Assembly: GCA_017616785.1 (NCBI GenBank)
Contig: JAFZXK010000022.1
Location: forward strand, 58,516-122,515
Length of the DNA stretch: 64,000 bases
Reading direction: 5' to 3'
DNA from: Alphaproteobacteria bacterium
GTDB taxonomy: Bacteria; Pseudomonadota; Alphaproteobacteria; Rs-D84
Made by a program: the position numbers and the translations under genes. The notes under the pieces are model-generated. The model was not told the DNA's origin and searched no databases. It was given only the letters and a program-made list of their open reading frames with translations. Shown in pieces: positions 20,035-27,367 of this stretch; position 1 is the stretch's first letter, and every line of letters starts with the position of its first letter.

Positions 20035-20063
20035 TTGCACAGAGTATGTTTTTATGATACAAT
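20035..20063 (+). promoter_or_regulatory. Sigma70-type promoter of cassette 1 (-35 TTGCAC, 17 nt, TGa-TACAAT)
   Basis: The hexamers are seen directly. An almost identical promoter sits at 53383-53411 upstream of the twin cassette. Confidence 0.65.
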
Positions 20064-20250
20064 ACTTATGCTGGTGGGAATTCCATTGGCGGGGTGTAAC
20101 GACCCTTAGATTCCGAGTGTCCGTGGGGACAAAAAACACCTCCAACCCAAGGTGGTTGGAGGGCGGTGAATATATCGAATAAACCCACTATTTTTCTCGG
20201 AACATAGTCGTTAACCTCCAACCACATGAAAGCAATTTCGGTGGTTTTTT
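20064..20250 (+). ncRNA. Conserved structured 5' leader of cassette 1 (candidate cis-regulatory RNA)
   Basis: Hairpins 20118-20131 and 20139-20162, the box GAATATATCGAATAA (20168-20182), a second CCTCCAACC copy at 20215 and a weak hairpin with T6 at 20220-20250. A homologous arrangement occurs at 53412-53618. Confidence 0.4.
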
Positions 20251-20418
20251 AGTTAGTGGTTAGTGTTAGTGCAAGTGGTTAGTGGGGGAAAATAATTGTC
20301 ATTGCGGCCCCCGAGCCGCAATAGGGAAGGCATGAAAGCCCTATGGCGGACCAAGCCCGCCATGACAAAAAAGAAATAATTGTCATTCTGAACTTGTTTC
20401 AGAACCGCCATGACAAAA
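20251..20418. repeat. TAGTG-rich spacer plus two TTGTCAT...ATGACAA mini-palindromic elements
   Basis: TTAGTGGTTAGTGTTAGTGCAAGTGGTTAGTG followed by two units, each starting AATAATTGTCATT and ending CGCCATGACAAAAA. Absent from the homologous leader at 53.4 kb. Confidence 0.6.
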
Positions 20419-20431
20419 AGTTTGGGAAAAA

Positions 20432-20749
20432 ATGAAGCGATATCTTTTATTATTTTTAATCCTTTTTATTCCGCAAATTGTGCATGCGGATGATGTTGGT
20501 GTTGCCGATACCGATGATATGCAACGCGCGATGCAGATTTCAAAATTGAAACGTGAAATATCCGAACTTGAAATTCAATTATCGGAATGCCAAAGAAAAA
20601 ATAAAAATTGGAAAACGGCGACCTGGATAGGTGCGGCGGGAACGGTGGCGACCGGCGCCGCGGCAATAGTGCAGGGCGTGAAACTAAATAACCTTAAAAA
20701 AGAAAAATCAAATAACAAACCAACCGGGGGGACAAAAGATGAAAAGTAA
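20432..20749 (+). CDS. Cassette protein A1: signal peptide, coiled coil, glycine-zipper segment, K-rich tail
   Basis: Very similar to the 53619-53933 product over its whole length. Signal peptide MKRYLLLFLILFIPQIVHA. 11-nt overlap with the next gene. Confidence 0.7.
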   Translation: MKRYLLLFLILFIPQIVHADDVGVADTDDMQRAMQISKLKREISELEIQLSECQRKNKNWKTATWIGAAGTVATGAAAIVQGVKLNNLKKEKSNNKPTGGTKDEK

Positions 20750-21167
20750 AATAATACTTTTGGTTGGAATGTTTGCATGCGTTTCCGCGTACGGTGAAAC
20801 GGACTATATTGATATGCAAATACATGAATTAGAACAACGTCGCGATGAATTAAAGAAGCAAATTGCGGAGTGTGAACAAAACACGCGCGGTTACAAAATT
20901 GCGGGCATTGCAACACTTGGGGCGACCGGTGTCGGTGTGGTTGGAAATATCGCACTGCATAATGAAATCAAAAAAATTGAACAATCAAAAAACGGTGGTG
21001 GGTACAGTGGGCGTGGTTCGGTCAGTAATACTGTAACTGAAGATACATGCGCATCTGACCCGATTTGTTCGTGGGAACGGCAGTGTGAAATGACGAACTA
21101 TAAAGTAAAAAATTGTGATCATGATACAGATTGTTGTGCCGCGGACGGTTGCCCATGCGAAAAGTAA
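20739..21167 (+). CDS. Cassette protein B1: A-like N-terminal part plus unique Cys-rich tail
   Basis: The first ~93 aa are near-identical to B2 (53923-54309). The last 39 aa contain 8 Cys and are unrelated to the B2 tail. Confidence 0.7.
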   Translation: MKSKIILLVGMFACVSAYGETDYIDMQIHELEQRRDELKKQIAECEQNTRGYKIAGIATLGATGVGVVGNIALHNEIKKIEQSKNGGGYSGRGSVSNTVTEDTCASDPICSWERQCEMTNYKVKNCDHDTDCCAADGCPCEK

Positions 21168-21206
21168 AGTGTTTCTATAAAAACAACAAAACCAAAAGGA
21201 GAAAAA

Positions 21207-21833
21207 ATGAAAAAAACTTTGTTGTCAGTTGTCGCCGGTTTGGCGGTTATAGGGAGTTCGTTTGCTGTTCCAAGTTTGGACAGACAACGTGAAGATTGTG
21301 AGGAAAACCCGAATTTTGTGTGGGTGGAGATGACCAAAACTTGTGTTCCTGTAAATCCGTGTAATTCAGATAATATGGAAATAAAACGTGCTTATTGTGA
21401 TGAGGTAACTTTTGCCGACATTAGTCTTAGTTATATACCTGCGTTGATGGTTATTTCAGCAAAAGAGTATGTAAGAGTTGGATTTGGTGGTGTTGATATG
21501 AAATCAGATTGGGTTTCTGAACCGAATTACATAGGTTTTTCTGATACCAACTTGGGTTCGTATATGGTTTACAAATTTGCCGATGCTAATCTTAGTAGAT
21601 CTTCTGCAACTGAATATTTAAAAGCGTATTGCAGAGCATTTGGTGGTAACGGTGAAAAATATTATAACGATAAAGGTTTTGCGGCGATTGATTGTGAAAA
21701 TCCTGTGGTTCCATATGAAGTTTTAAAAGAACTGACGATATTGGGGACGGATAAGAAGTCAGAAAATATTGTTACATTCTATTTTAGATCAAAGATGGAT
21801 TGTTATTCATATGATGATTGTATGAAAGAATAA
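21207..21833 (+). CDS. Cassette protein C1: secreted protein with Cys-rich N-terminal motif
   Basis: Signal peptide MKKTLLSVVAGLAV identical to C2. Conserved C..NP..VWVE.T..C.P.NPC.SD...I..AYC block; the remainder is strongly diverged from C2. Confidence 0.7.
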   Translation: MKKTLLSVVAGLAVIGSSFAVPSLDRQREDCEENPNFVWVEMTKTCVPVNPCNSDNMEIKRAYCDEVTFADISLSYIPALMVISAKEYVRVGFGGVDMKSDWVSEPNYIGFSDTNLGSYMVYKFADANLSRSSATEYLKAYCRAFGGNGEKYYNDKGFAAIDCENPVVPYEVLKELTILGTDKKSENIVTFYFRSKMDCYSYDDCMKE

Positions 21834-21856
21834 ATGTTATCCGTGCGTTGTTTTTA

Positions 21857-21879
21857 CCCCACCTAATCGGGTGGGGTTT
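21857..21879 (+). terminator. Terminator hairpin CCCCACC-TAATCG-GGTGGGG plus TTT
   Basis: A near-identical hairpin ends the twin cassette at 54990-55009. Confidence 0.65.
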
Positions 21880-21891
21880 GATTATGTGATT

Positions 21892-21920
21892 GAAACAAAA
21901 CCGGGCGCGAATGCGCCCGG
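21892..21920 (-). terminator. Intrinsic terminator for the 21949-23451 gene
   Basis: CCGGGCGCGAATGCGCCCGG hairpin followed on the minus strand by TTTTGTTT. A TAGTG-rich spacer lies between the stop codon and the hairpin. Confidence 0.7.
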
Positions 21921-21948
21921 TACTAATCACTAACACTTATCACTAAAA

Positions 21949-23451
21949 CTACGGGCAGGTGGCAAGTTGGTCCAAAACATTTTTCACATCGTCGTTGATT
22001 GCAACGGTTACTTCGCGTTGCAGGCCGTCGATGTATGTCCAATAAAATGGTGAACTTTCAAATTCCGGACTTGCGTTCCACAAATCTACAAACGGTGCAA
22101 GCATTGCATTAAACCACTGACGCCCGCGGCACAGGCAACCATTACGCACGTCCGCGATTGTCATTGCGGTTGCGGTGCCGGAATATTTTTCGTCTATTTC
22201 CGCGTCCGACATCATTAGGCAACGGCCACCAATGTTATAGAAATTCGCATCGTCCGCCAAGAATTTATAAATCAATTCGTTTGACGCGCCCGCTTGTTTT
22301 AATGAATACTTCATGCCTTCGGTGCAACATGCCGACGCCGAACGCATAAGCATTTTATACCGGTCCAGCAGCGGTGCCGCCGCCACAGAATTCGCATCTA
22401 AATTTCCGGTTTGGTTAAATGTGAACAAAATTTCCGTCATGTTTATGCCGCGAATTTTTGGACTGCGTGGTGAAACAGTTTCGCGAATAATTGGTTTACG
22501 ACGCCAAATGTTACATTCTGTTTCGGTATCAAATGGACAACCATCATCAATGCCAATGACACCGGCGCCGAATGCGGTTTGAACTGGAATCGTTAAATCT
22601 TGGGCCGTATAGCGTTCATCGCAAGGCGTTTTGAATGTTGTCGTCATTGTGATGTCTGGGTCGCGGTCGCAAGTTTTAATGTCCGGTGTGGTTATTTCCT
22701 GTTTATTGCCAAGTAATTCTTCGATGCGCGCGTTGGTCGCGGCGGCTTCGGCCATTGTTTGGGCGTACAGGTCCACCAATTCCGTATCGTTCGAATCACG
22801 GATATAAAGTTCCGGCAAACGCATCAACATCCAATCGCGAAAATCCTTGGTCCGGTAATCAGAAATCGAATCGTCCCAAATCGGAACGCCGTTGCGCCAA
22901 TCCACAGTTTTCACATACGATTCGGGTTTATAGTTTCCATCTGTGCCGTCCCAAACCGGTGGCAAATTGTCGGCCTGAACCGGTTTTATAGAAAACAGTT
23001 TCACATTGCGCATCGGAACCAGATTCGACGAAGAATAATCCGCCGCCGCGCGGCCAGTTTTTGCCGTGCGGCCATTGGTCGTGCCACGTGAACCAACCGT
23101 TGCCGTTACAGGGGCGTGATTTATCTGAACACTTTGTTGACCGCCCTGGTTATTCGCAATAATTCTGTTGCCGGGGGTGTGACTGATTTCCACAGATTGA
23201 TAATCTTGGCCATACTGTTCCGCGGTGTCGACCGTTTCAGATTGCTGGGATACCGATATGTCGGTGTAACCGGAATCCGGATAATCAATGTAAACGGATG
23301 TTTGTTCATCACGATAAACTTCGGTCCCGGCGGTGTCCGCGATGGGGTCATATGATATTGTCGCATCGTCCCATTCACTGTCCGATGCAAATGCGCCGCC
23401 CGCGCCAACCGCGCACAACAGCGATGATAAAATAAATATTCTTGTTTTCAT
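21949..23451 (-). CDS. Large secreted Cys-rich hypothetical protein (500 aa)
   Basis: Signal peptide MKTRIFILSSLLCAVGAGGAFA and many Cys in the C-terminal half. No family recognised. Confidence 0.6.
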   Translation of the reverse strand: MKTRIFILSSLLCAVGAGGAFASDSEWDDATISYDPIADTAGTEVYRDEQTSVYIDYPDSGYTDISVSQQSETVDTAEQYGQDYQSVEISHTPGNRIIANNQGGQQSVQINHAPVTATVGSRGTTNGRTAKTGRAAADYSSSNLVPMRNVKLFSIKPVQADNLPPVWDGTDGNYKPESYVKTVDWRNGVPIWDDSISDYRTKDFRDWMLMRLPELYIRDSNDTELVDLYAQTMAEAAATNARIEELLGNKQEITTPDIKTCDRDPDITMTTTFKTPCDERYTAQDLTIPVQTAFGAGVIGIDDGCPFDTETECNIWRRKPIIRETVSPRSPKIRGINMTEILFTFNQTGNLDANSVAAAPLLDRYKMLMRSASACCTEGMKYSLKQAGASNELIYKFLADDANFYNIGGRCLMMSDAEIDEKYSGTATAMTIADVRNGCLCRGRQWFNAMLAPFVDLWNASPEFESSPFYWTYIDGLQREVTVAINDDVKNVLDQLATCP

Positions 23452-23537
23452 GTTTTGAATTATATCATAAATTACACCTGAAAAAAAGATGAAAGTATAA
23501 TTCTTGGTTGATATTTTTTCTGTTTTATTTTAGTTTT

Positions 23538-24347
23538 ATGTTGAAAGGATTTTTTTCGTTGGGAAAGGTTTTGAAATTTTGTTCTGTTTTGTGTTTTTTT
23601 CCGACGGTTGCGGGGGCGTATCCGACAGGGACACAGTTTGGTGTCGGGGTGTCTGCGACCACGGGTATGAACGCCTTTACGGGGTATGTGAACAAAGATG
23701 CCGAATCTTTTTGGGGCAAACGTTTTGGGTATAGAATTGATTTCGCCGGGACGAAAATTGTGCGCTCTGGGATTAATTCGGCGGCTAATCATATAATCGG
23801 CGATCGCGATGTGGAAGTCGGCGATTCCCTCAGTGTTAAGGAGTTTGAGATAGAGGCAAAACATTTCGGCGGTATGGTGGATTTTTACCCGTTTGGGAAT
23901 ACTTGGTTTTTGGGTGCATGGCGCATAAGTGGTGGGTACTATGGTGGGCAATTTGACGCGACGGCGCGTGTTGTTGGCGGCGATGAAAAGGGTGAATTTT
24001 GCCTGGGGCGCAATAGATATAAATATATGGACGGACCGAATCAGGCAAGTGCGACCGCAAATTGGAAATATGATGGGCCGTATGTTGGAACGGGTTTTGA
24101 TTTGGGCGTCTTTGCCGGATTCAAAATTTATTTTGATGCGGGTGTTGTCTTTACGCGCAAGGTTGCAAAGTTAAGTTTGGACGTGCCATCGGATGACCTG
24201 TATAAATGGAACGGTGCGGATTGGGCTTTGGTTGACCCGGACGAATTGGCGGCCGATGTCGAAGATACGCGGCATGACGCACAAAGTGAATTGGATAAAG
24301 TAAAATACTTTCCGATTGTAAAGTTGGGGTTGATGTATCGTTTCTAA
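23538..24347 (+). CDS. Outer-membrane beta-barrel protein (candidate)
   Basis: Signal peptide, alternating-hydrophobicity strands and C-terminal KLGLMYRF ending in Phe. Start uncertain (ORF-track TTG at 23508 or ATG at 23538). Confidence 0.55.
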   Translation: MLKGFFSLGKVLKFCSVLCFFPTVAGAYPTGTQFGVGVSATTGMNAFTGYVNKDAESFWGKRFGYRIDFAGTKIVRSGINSAANHIIGDRDVEVGDSLSVKEFEIEAKHFGGMVDFYPFGNTWFLGAWRISGGYYGGQFDATARVVGGDEKGEFCLGRNRYKYMDGPNQASATANWKYDGPYVGTGFDLGVFAGFKIYFDAGVVFTRKVAKLSLDVPSDDLYKWNGADWALVDPDELAADVEDTRHDAQSELDKVKYFPIVKLGLMYRF

Positions 24348-24417
24348 TCAAAAAACTTGCGTTTTATATATAATGTCTGTAAAATTCTTTGCGTTAAATT
24401 AAACAAAGAGGTTAAAA

Positions 24418-24987
24418 ATGGCATCTGTGACAGCAAATGATATGCGGGTCGGTTGGGTTATTTCGCACAACGGGCGGCGTTATACGGTAACATCTATTAC
24501 CAAAGTAAAACCGGGCAAGGGTGGTGCGTTTGTTCAGGCGGACCTGCGCGATATTGATACGGGAAACAAGGGCGGCGATCGTTGGCGTGCCGAAGACAAG
24601 GTTGAAAAACTTATGGTCGAAGATGTGGAATGCCAATATTTGTATTCTGATGGAACAGATGCGTATTTCATGAACCTTAATGATTATGAACAATTTACGA
24701 TGCCGCTTGATGCGCTTGGGGAACAGGTTAAATTCCTTGCGCCGGAAATGACGGTGAAAACAAATTTTGTCGAAGGTCAACCGGTGTCTATGTCTTTGCC
24801 GAAAACCGTCATCGCGACCGTCGAAGAAACTGAACCGGCGTTAAAGGGCCAAACCGCAACCGGCAGTGGTGGCAAACCGGCAATTTTGGATAACGGTGTT
24901 CGTGTTCAGGTTCCTGTGTTCATTGAACAGGGCGAAAAGATAGTTGTGAATACTGAAACACTTGAATATGTCGAACGGGCGAAATAA
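24418..24987 (+). CDS. efp: Elongation factor P
   Basis: 189 aa; ...KVKPGKGGAFVQADLRDIDTGNK... is typical of EF-P. Confidence 0.93.
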   Translation: MASVTANDMRVGWVISHNGRRYTVTSITKVKPGKGGAFVQADLRDIDTGNKGGDRWRAEDKVEKLMVEDVECQYLYSDGTDAYFMNLNDYEQFTMPLDALGEQVKFLAPEMTVKTNFVEGQPVSMSLPKTVIATVEETEPALKGQTATGSGGKPAILDNGVRVQVPVFIEQGEKIVVNTETLEYVERAK

Positions 24988-24998
24988 ATTATAACAAC

Positions 24999-25068
24999 AC
25001 ATCTGCGGGTTTTAACAATGGCTCATGTAGGTTGACTACACTTCGCCGTTGTTAAAACCCGCATCTGT
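24999..25068. terminator. Long imperfect hairpin (~24-bp stem) between convergent efp and fba
   Basis: ACATCTGCGGGTTTTAACAATGGC pairs with GCCGTTGTTAAAACCCGCATCTGT. The 22-nt loop contains a second TGTAG/CTACA stem. Confidence 0.55.
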
Positions 25069-25112
25069 ATTATTCTAATTTATTTCGGTGAATGGGTAAT
25101 TTGACACTTCCA

Positions 25113-26060
25113 CTAATGCAATCTATTTGCGGAATTCATAATATTGGTGATTTCATCTATGGCGTTTTCATAAACCGCACTGGTCCCCAGCCCCAGGTAT
25201 TCGCGTGGGTTGAACCCGCATGGATTTTCGGACATTTCCAATCGCACACCCGCCGTGAACGCAAGGCGCGAATCGCTGTCCACATTGATTTTACAAATTC
25301 CCATCAAAACGGCCTGACGTAATTGGTCGGTTGGAATTCCGCGTGCCGCAGATATGTCGCCGCCGTTCTGATTTATGGTTTTGACAAGTATTTCTGGGAT
25401 GCTGGACGCGCCATGCAAAACAAGTGGAAATCTTGGTAATATGTGTGCGATTTCGCCCAGGATATCAAATCGTAACTGTTCCGAATCGGACCGGCGTTTG
25501 TATGCGCCATGCGAAGTTCCGATTGCGATGGCAAGTGAATCTATGTTTGTTTGTGCAACGAATTCATATACATCGTTTGGGTCGGTGAAAACTTTTCGTG
25601 ATGATGTTGTGTTTTCGTCTTCGTGTCCATCGATTGCGCCAAGTTCGGCCTCTACGGCGACACCGCGGGTGTGTGCGTATTTTGCGACGCGGGCGGAAAG
25701 CGCGATGTTTTCGCGAAAGGATAGGGCACTTGCGTCAATCATGACACTTGAAAATCCAATGTCGATTGCATGGGTGCACGATTCAAACGAATGTCCGTGG
25801 TCCAAGTGCAGTGCGATTTGTTCATTTGGTGATAACCGCAGGCCGGCAATCATGGACATCAGCATATCATCGCCCATATACTGTAACGCCGATTCGGAAA
25901 CCGCCAATATAACCGGCGAATTTGTTTCGCGTGCCGCCGATGTGACCGCGATAAGTGTTTCCATATTATAGAAATTGAATGCGCCGATGGCATATCTATG
26001 CGCAATGGCATCGGCGAACATATCGCGTGTATTCACAAGACCGAATTTTTCGTAAAGCAT
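25113..26060 (-). CDS. fba: Class II fructose-bisphosphate aldolase family protein
   Basis: AIGAFNFYNMETL..., ILAVSESA and HLDHGHSF motifs. ATG at 26060 chosen. Confidence 0.85.
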   Translation of the reverse strand: MLYEKFGLVNTRDMFADAIAHRYAIGAFNFYNMETLIAVTSAARETNSPVILAVSESALQYMGDDMLMSMIAGLRLSPNEQIALHLDHGHSFESCTHAIDIGFSSVMIDASALSFRENIALSARVAKYAHTRGVAVEAELGAIDGHEDENTTSSRKVFTDPNDVYEFVAQTNIDSLAIAIGTSHGAYKRRSDSEQLRFDILGEIAHILPRFPLVLHGASSIPEILVKTINQNGGDISAARGIPTDQLRQAVLMGICKINVDSDSRLAFTAGVRLEMSENPCGFNPREYLGLGTSAVYENAIDEITNIMNSANRLH

Positions 26061-26115
26061 AAAATTTCCCTCAGATGCACGATAGAGCATATTTATTTTT
26101 GGTGCAATATGTTTT

Positions 26116-26248
26116 TTAGTGATTAGTGCTAGTGTAAGTGGTTAGGGGGGCGACACCCCGCCCGCTTTCGCTGCGCTACAGCGAGGCCACCCCTCTAGCC
26201 AGAGGGGAACTTGCCCCCACTTACACTGTCCACTAACACTTGCACTAA
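26116..26248. repeat. A-type half element (26150-26209) nested between inverted TAGTG-rich arms
   Basis: TTAGTGATTAGTGCTAGTGTAAGTGGTTAG ... CCACTTACACTGTCCACTAACACTTGCACTAA flank GCGACACCCCG...CCAGAGGGGAA. Confidence 0.7.
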
Positions 26249-26342
26249 TTATAAACAAAATCGTTGACATGGCGGTCATTTATGCGACAATACAGTCGAA
26301 CGAATCGGGGGCCGGAGAGGTTTAACAAACAAAGGAAAAAAA

Positions 26343-26744
26343 ATGCAGAAAATTTTGTCTTTTATGATTGTCGCCGGCGTGATTACTGGTTGTTCTTACT
26401 ATGATTATTACAAGGGCGGCGTGCGCTATGTTCAGCGCGGTGATAATTGCGTGTATTATTCGGAAGAATCTTCGGAAGAACAATTCTCGGACAAGGTTGA
26501 AGAATTTGATGACGAAAACCGCATCGTTTACAAAAATACACGTTGCGAAGATTTGTTTACTCGTGATAATGCGGGTCGTATGGACCGTAACAGCCGTCAT
26601 GTCTTGGTTCCGGCGACGGTTGCAAATCGTAAACTAAAACCGGTCGCGGCGCCAAAGCCGGTTGCGGTGGAAAAACCCTGCTGTGATTGCAAGGCGGAAT
26701 TGGTTCCGGTTTCGCGTCAATTCTATGCCTTGACGGACAAATAA
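26343..26744 (+). CDS. Hypothetical lipoprotein
   Basis: Lipobox VITGC; 133 aa; AACAAACAAAGGA leader. Confidence 0.6.
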   Translation: MQKILSFMIVAGVITGCSYYDYYKGGVRYVQRGDNCVYYSEESSEEQFSDKVEEFDDENRIVYKNTRCEDLFTRDNAGRMDRNSRHVLVPATVANRKLKPVAAPKPVAVEKPCCDCKAELVPVSRQFYALTDK

Positions 26745-26806
26745 GATTTTGTTTGTTGTTGGTTGTAACGCCGTCCACACGGGCGGTGTTTTTTGTGTTG
26801 GTGGGT

Positions 26807-26908
26807 CCCCTTCTTTTCAAGAAGGGGTGCCGGGTGGAACCCGGTGGGGTAGTTTTTTACCCATACCCCGGTGCCGTTCGGCACCACCCCTTTCCGCAGG
26901 AAAGGGGA
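26807..26908. repeat. B+C composite nested-hairpin element (102 bp)
   Basis: CCCCTTCTTTTCAAGAAGGGG, hairpin, GGGGTAG, spacer, CCCATACCCCG, hairpin, CCCCTTTCCGCAGGAAAGGGG. Confidence 0.8.
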
Positions 26909-26977
26909 TTACGCCCCATTTTTCATTTGAAACATGGTTTGTTTTGTGATAGAATTGTGGAGAAAAGGAGATTTAAG

Positions 26978-27322
26978 ATGAAAAAGATTTCAAAGTATTT
27001 TTTGATTGCGACAACATTTATTATGGCGAATTTACCGGCATTTGCAGTGGAAAATCAAGGCGCATGCAAATTGATTGAGAGTTTGCGCCCGGTGATTCAA
27101 ACGTTGCGGACACTTGCGTTTATTGGTGCGGCGTTTGTTTTGATGGATTGGGCATGGGGTTGGATTAAGGATGGGAAGGTGGAGAAAGACAAGTTAAAGG
27201 ACCAAGGAATTGGGATGTTTGTTGGTTTCTTTGTTTTATTTGGTGTCGGTATGATTTTACAATTTGTTGGGTCCAGTGCCGGACAGGATTATTTTGGTTG
27301 TGTTGTAACCGCGTTGAAATAA
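26978..27322 (+). CDS. TrbC/VirB2-like type IV secretion pilin (candidate)
   Basis: 114 aa with a signal peptide ending AFA and two hydrophobic helices separated by a charged loop (WIKDGKVEKDKLKDQG). Architecture is like VirB2; no other T4SS genes in the window. Confidence 0.4.
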   Translation: MKKISKYFLIATTFIMANLPAFAVENQGACKLIESLRPVIQTLRTLAFIGAAFVLMDWAWGWIKDGKVEKDKLKDQGIGMFVGFFVLFGVGMILQFVGSSAGQDYFGCVVTALK

Positions 27323-27341
27323 AAACCACAAATAAAATTCA

Positions 27342-27365
27342 ACGGCGCGGTTCGCGCCGTTTTTT
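27342..27365. terminator. Terminator hairpin ACGGCGCG-GTT-CGCGCCGT plus T5
   Basis: Lies between the convergent 26978 and 27368 genes. Confidence 0.75.
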
Positions 27366-27367
27366 CT

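Noticed and set aside
20168-20182. The conserved GAATATAYYGAATAA box reads EYIE-stop in both leaders, suggesting a leader peptide.
   Set aside because: Upstream residues are not conserved between the two loci. After the predicted TSS there is no in-frame start in locus 1. The only in-frame ATG in locus 2 (53422) hits a stop after 8 codons.
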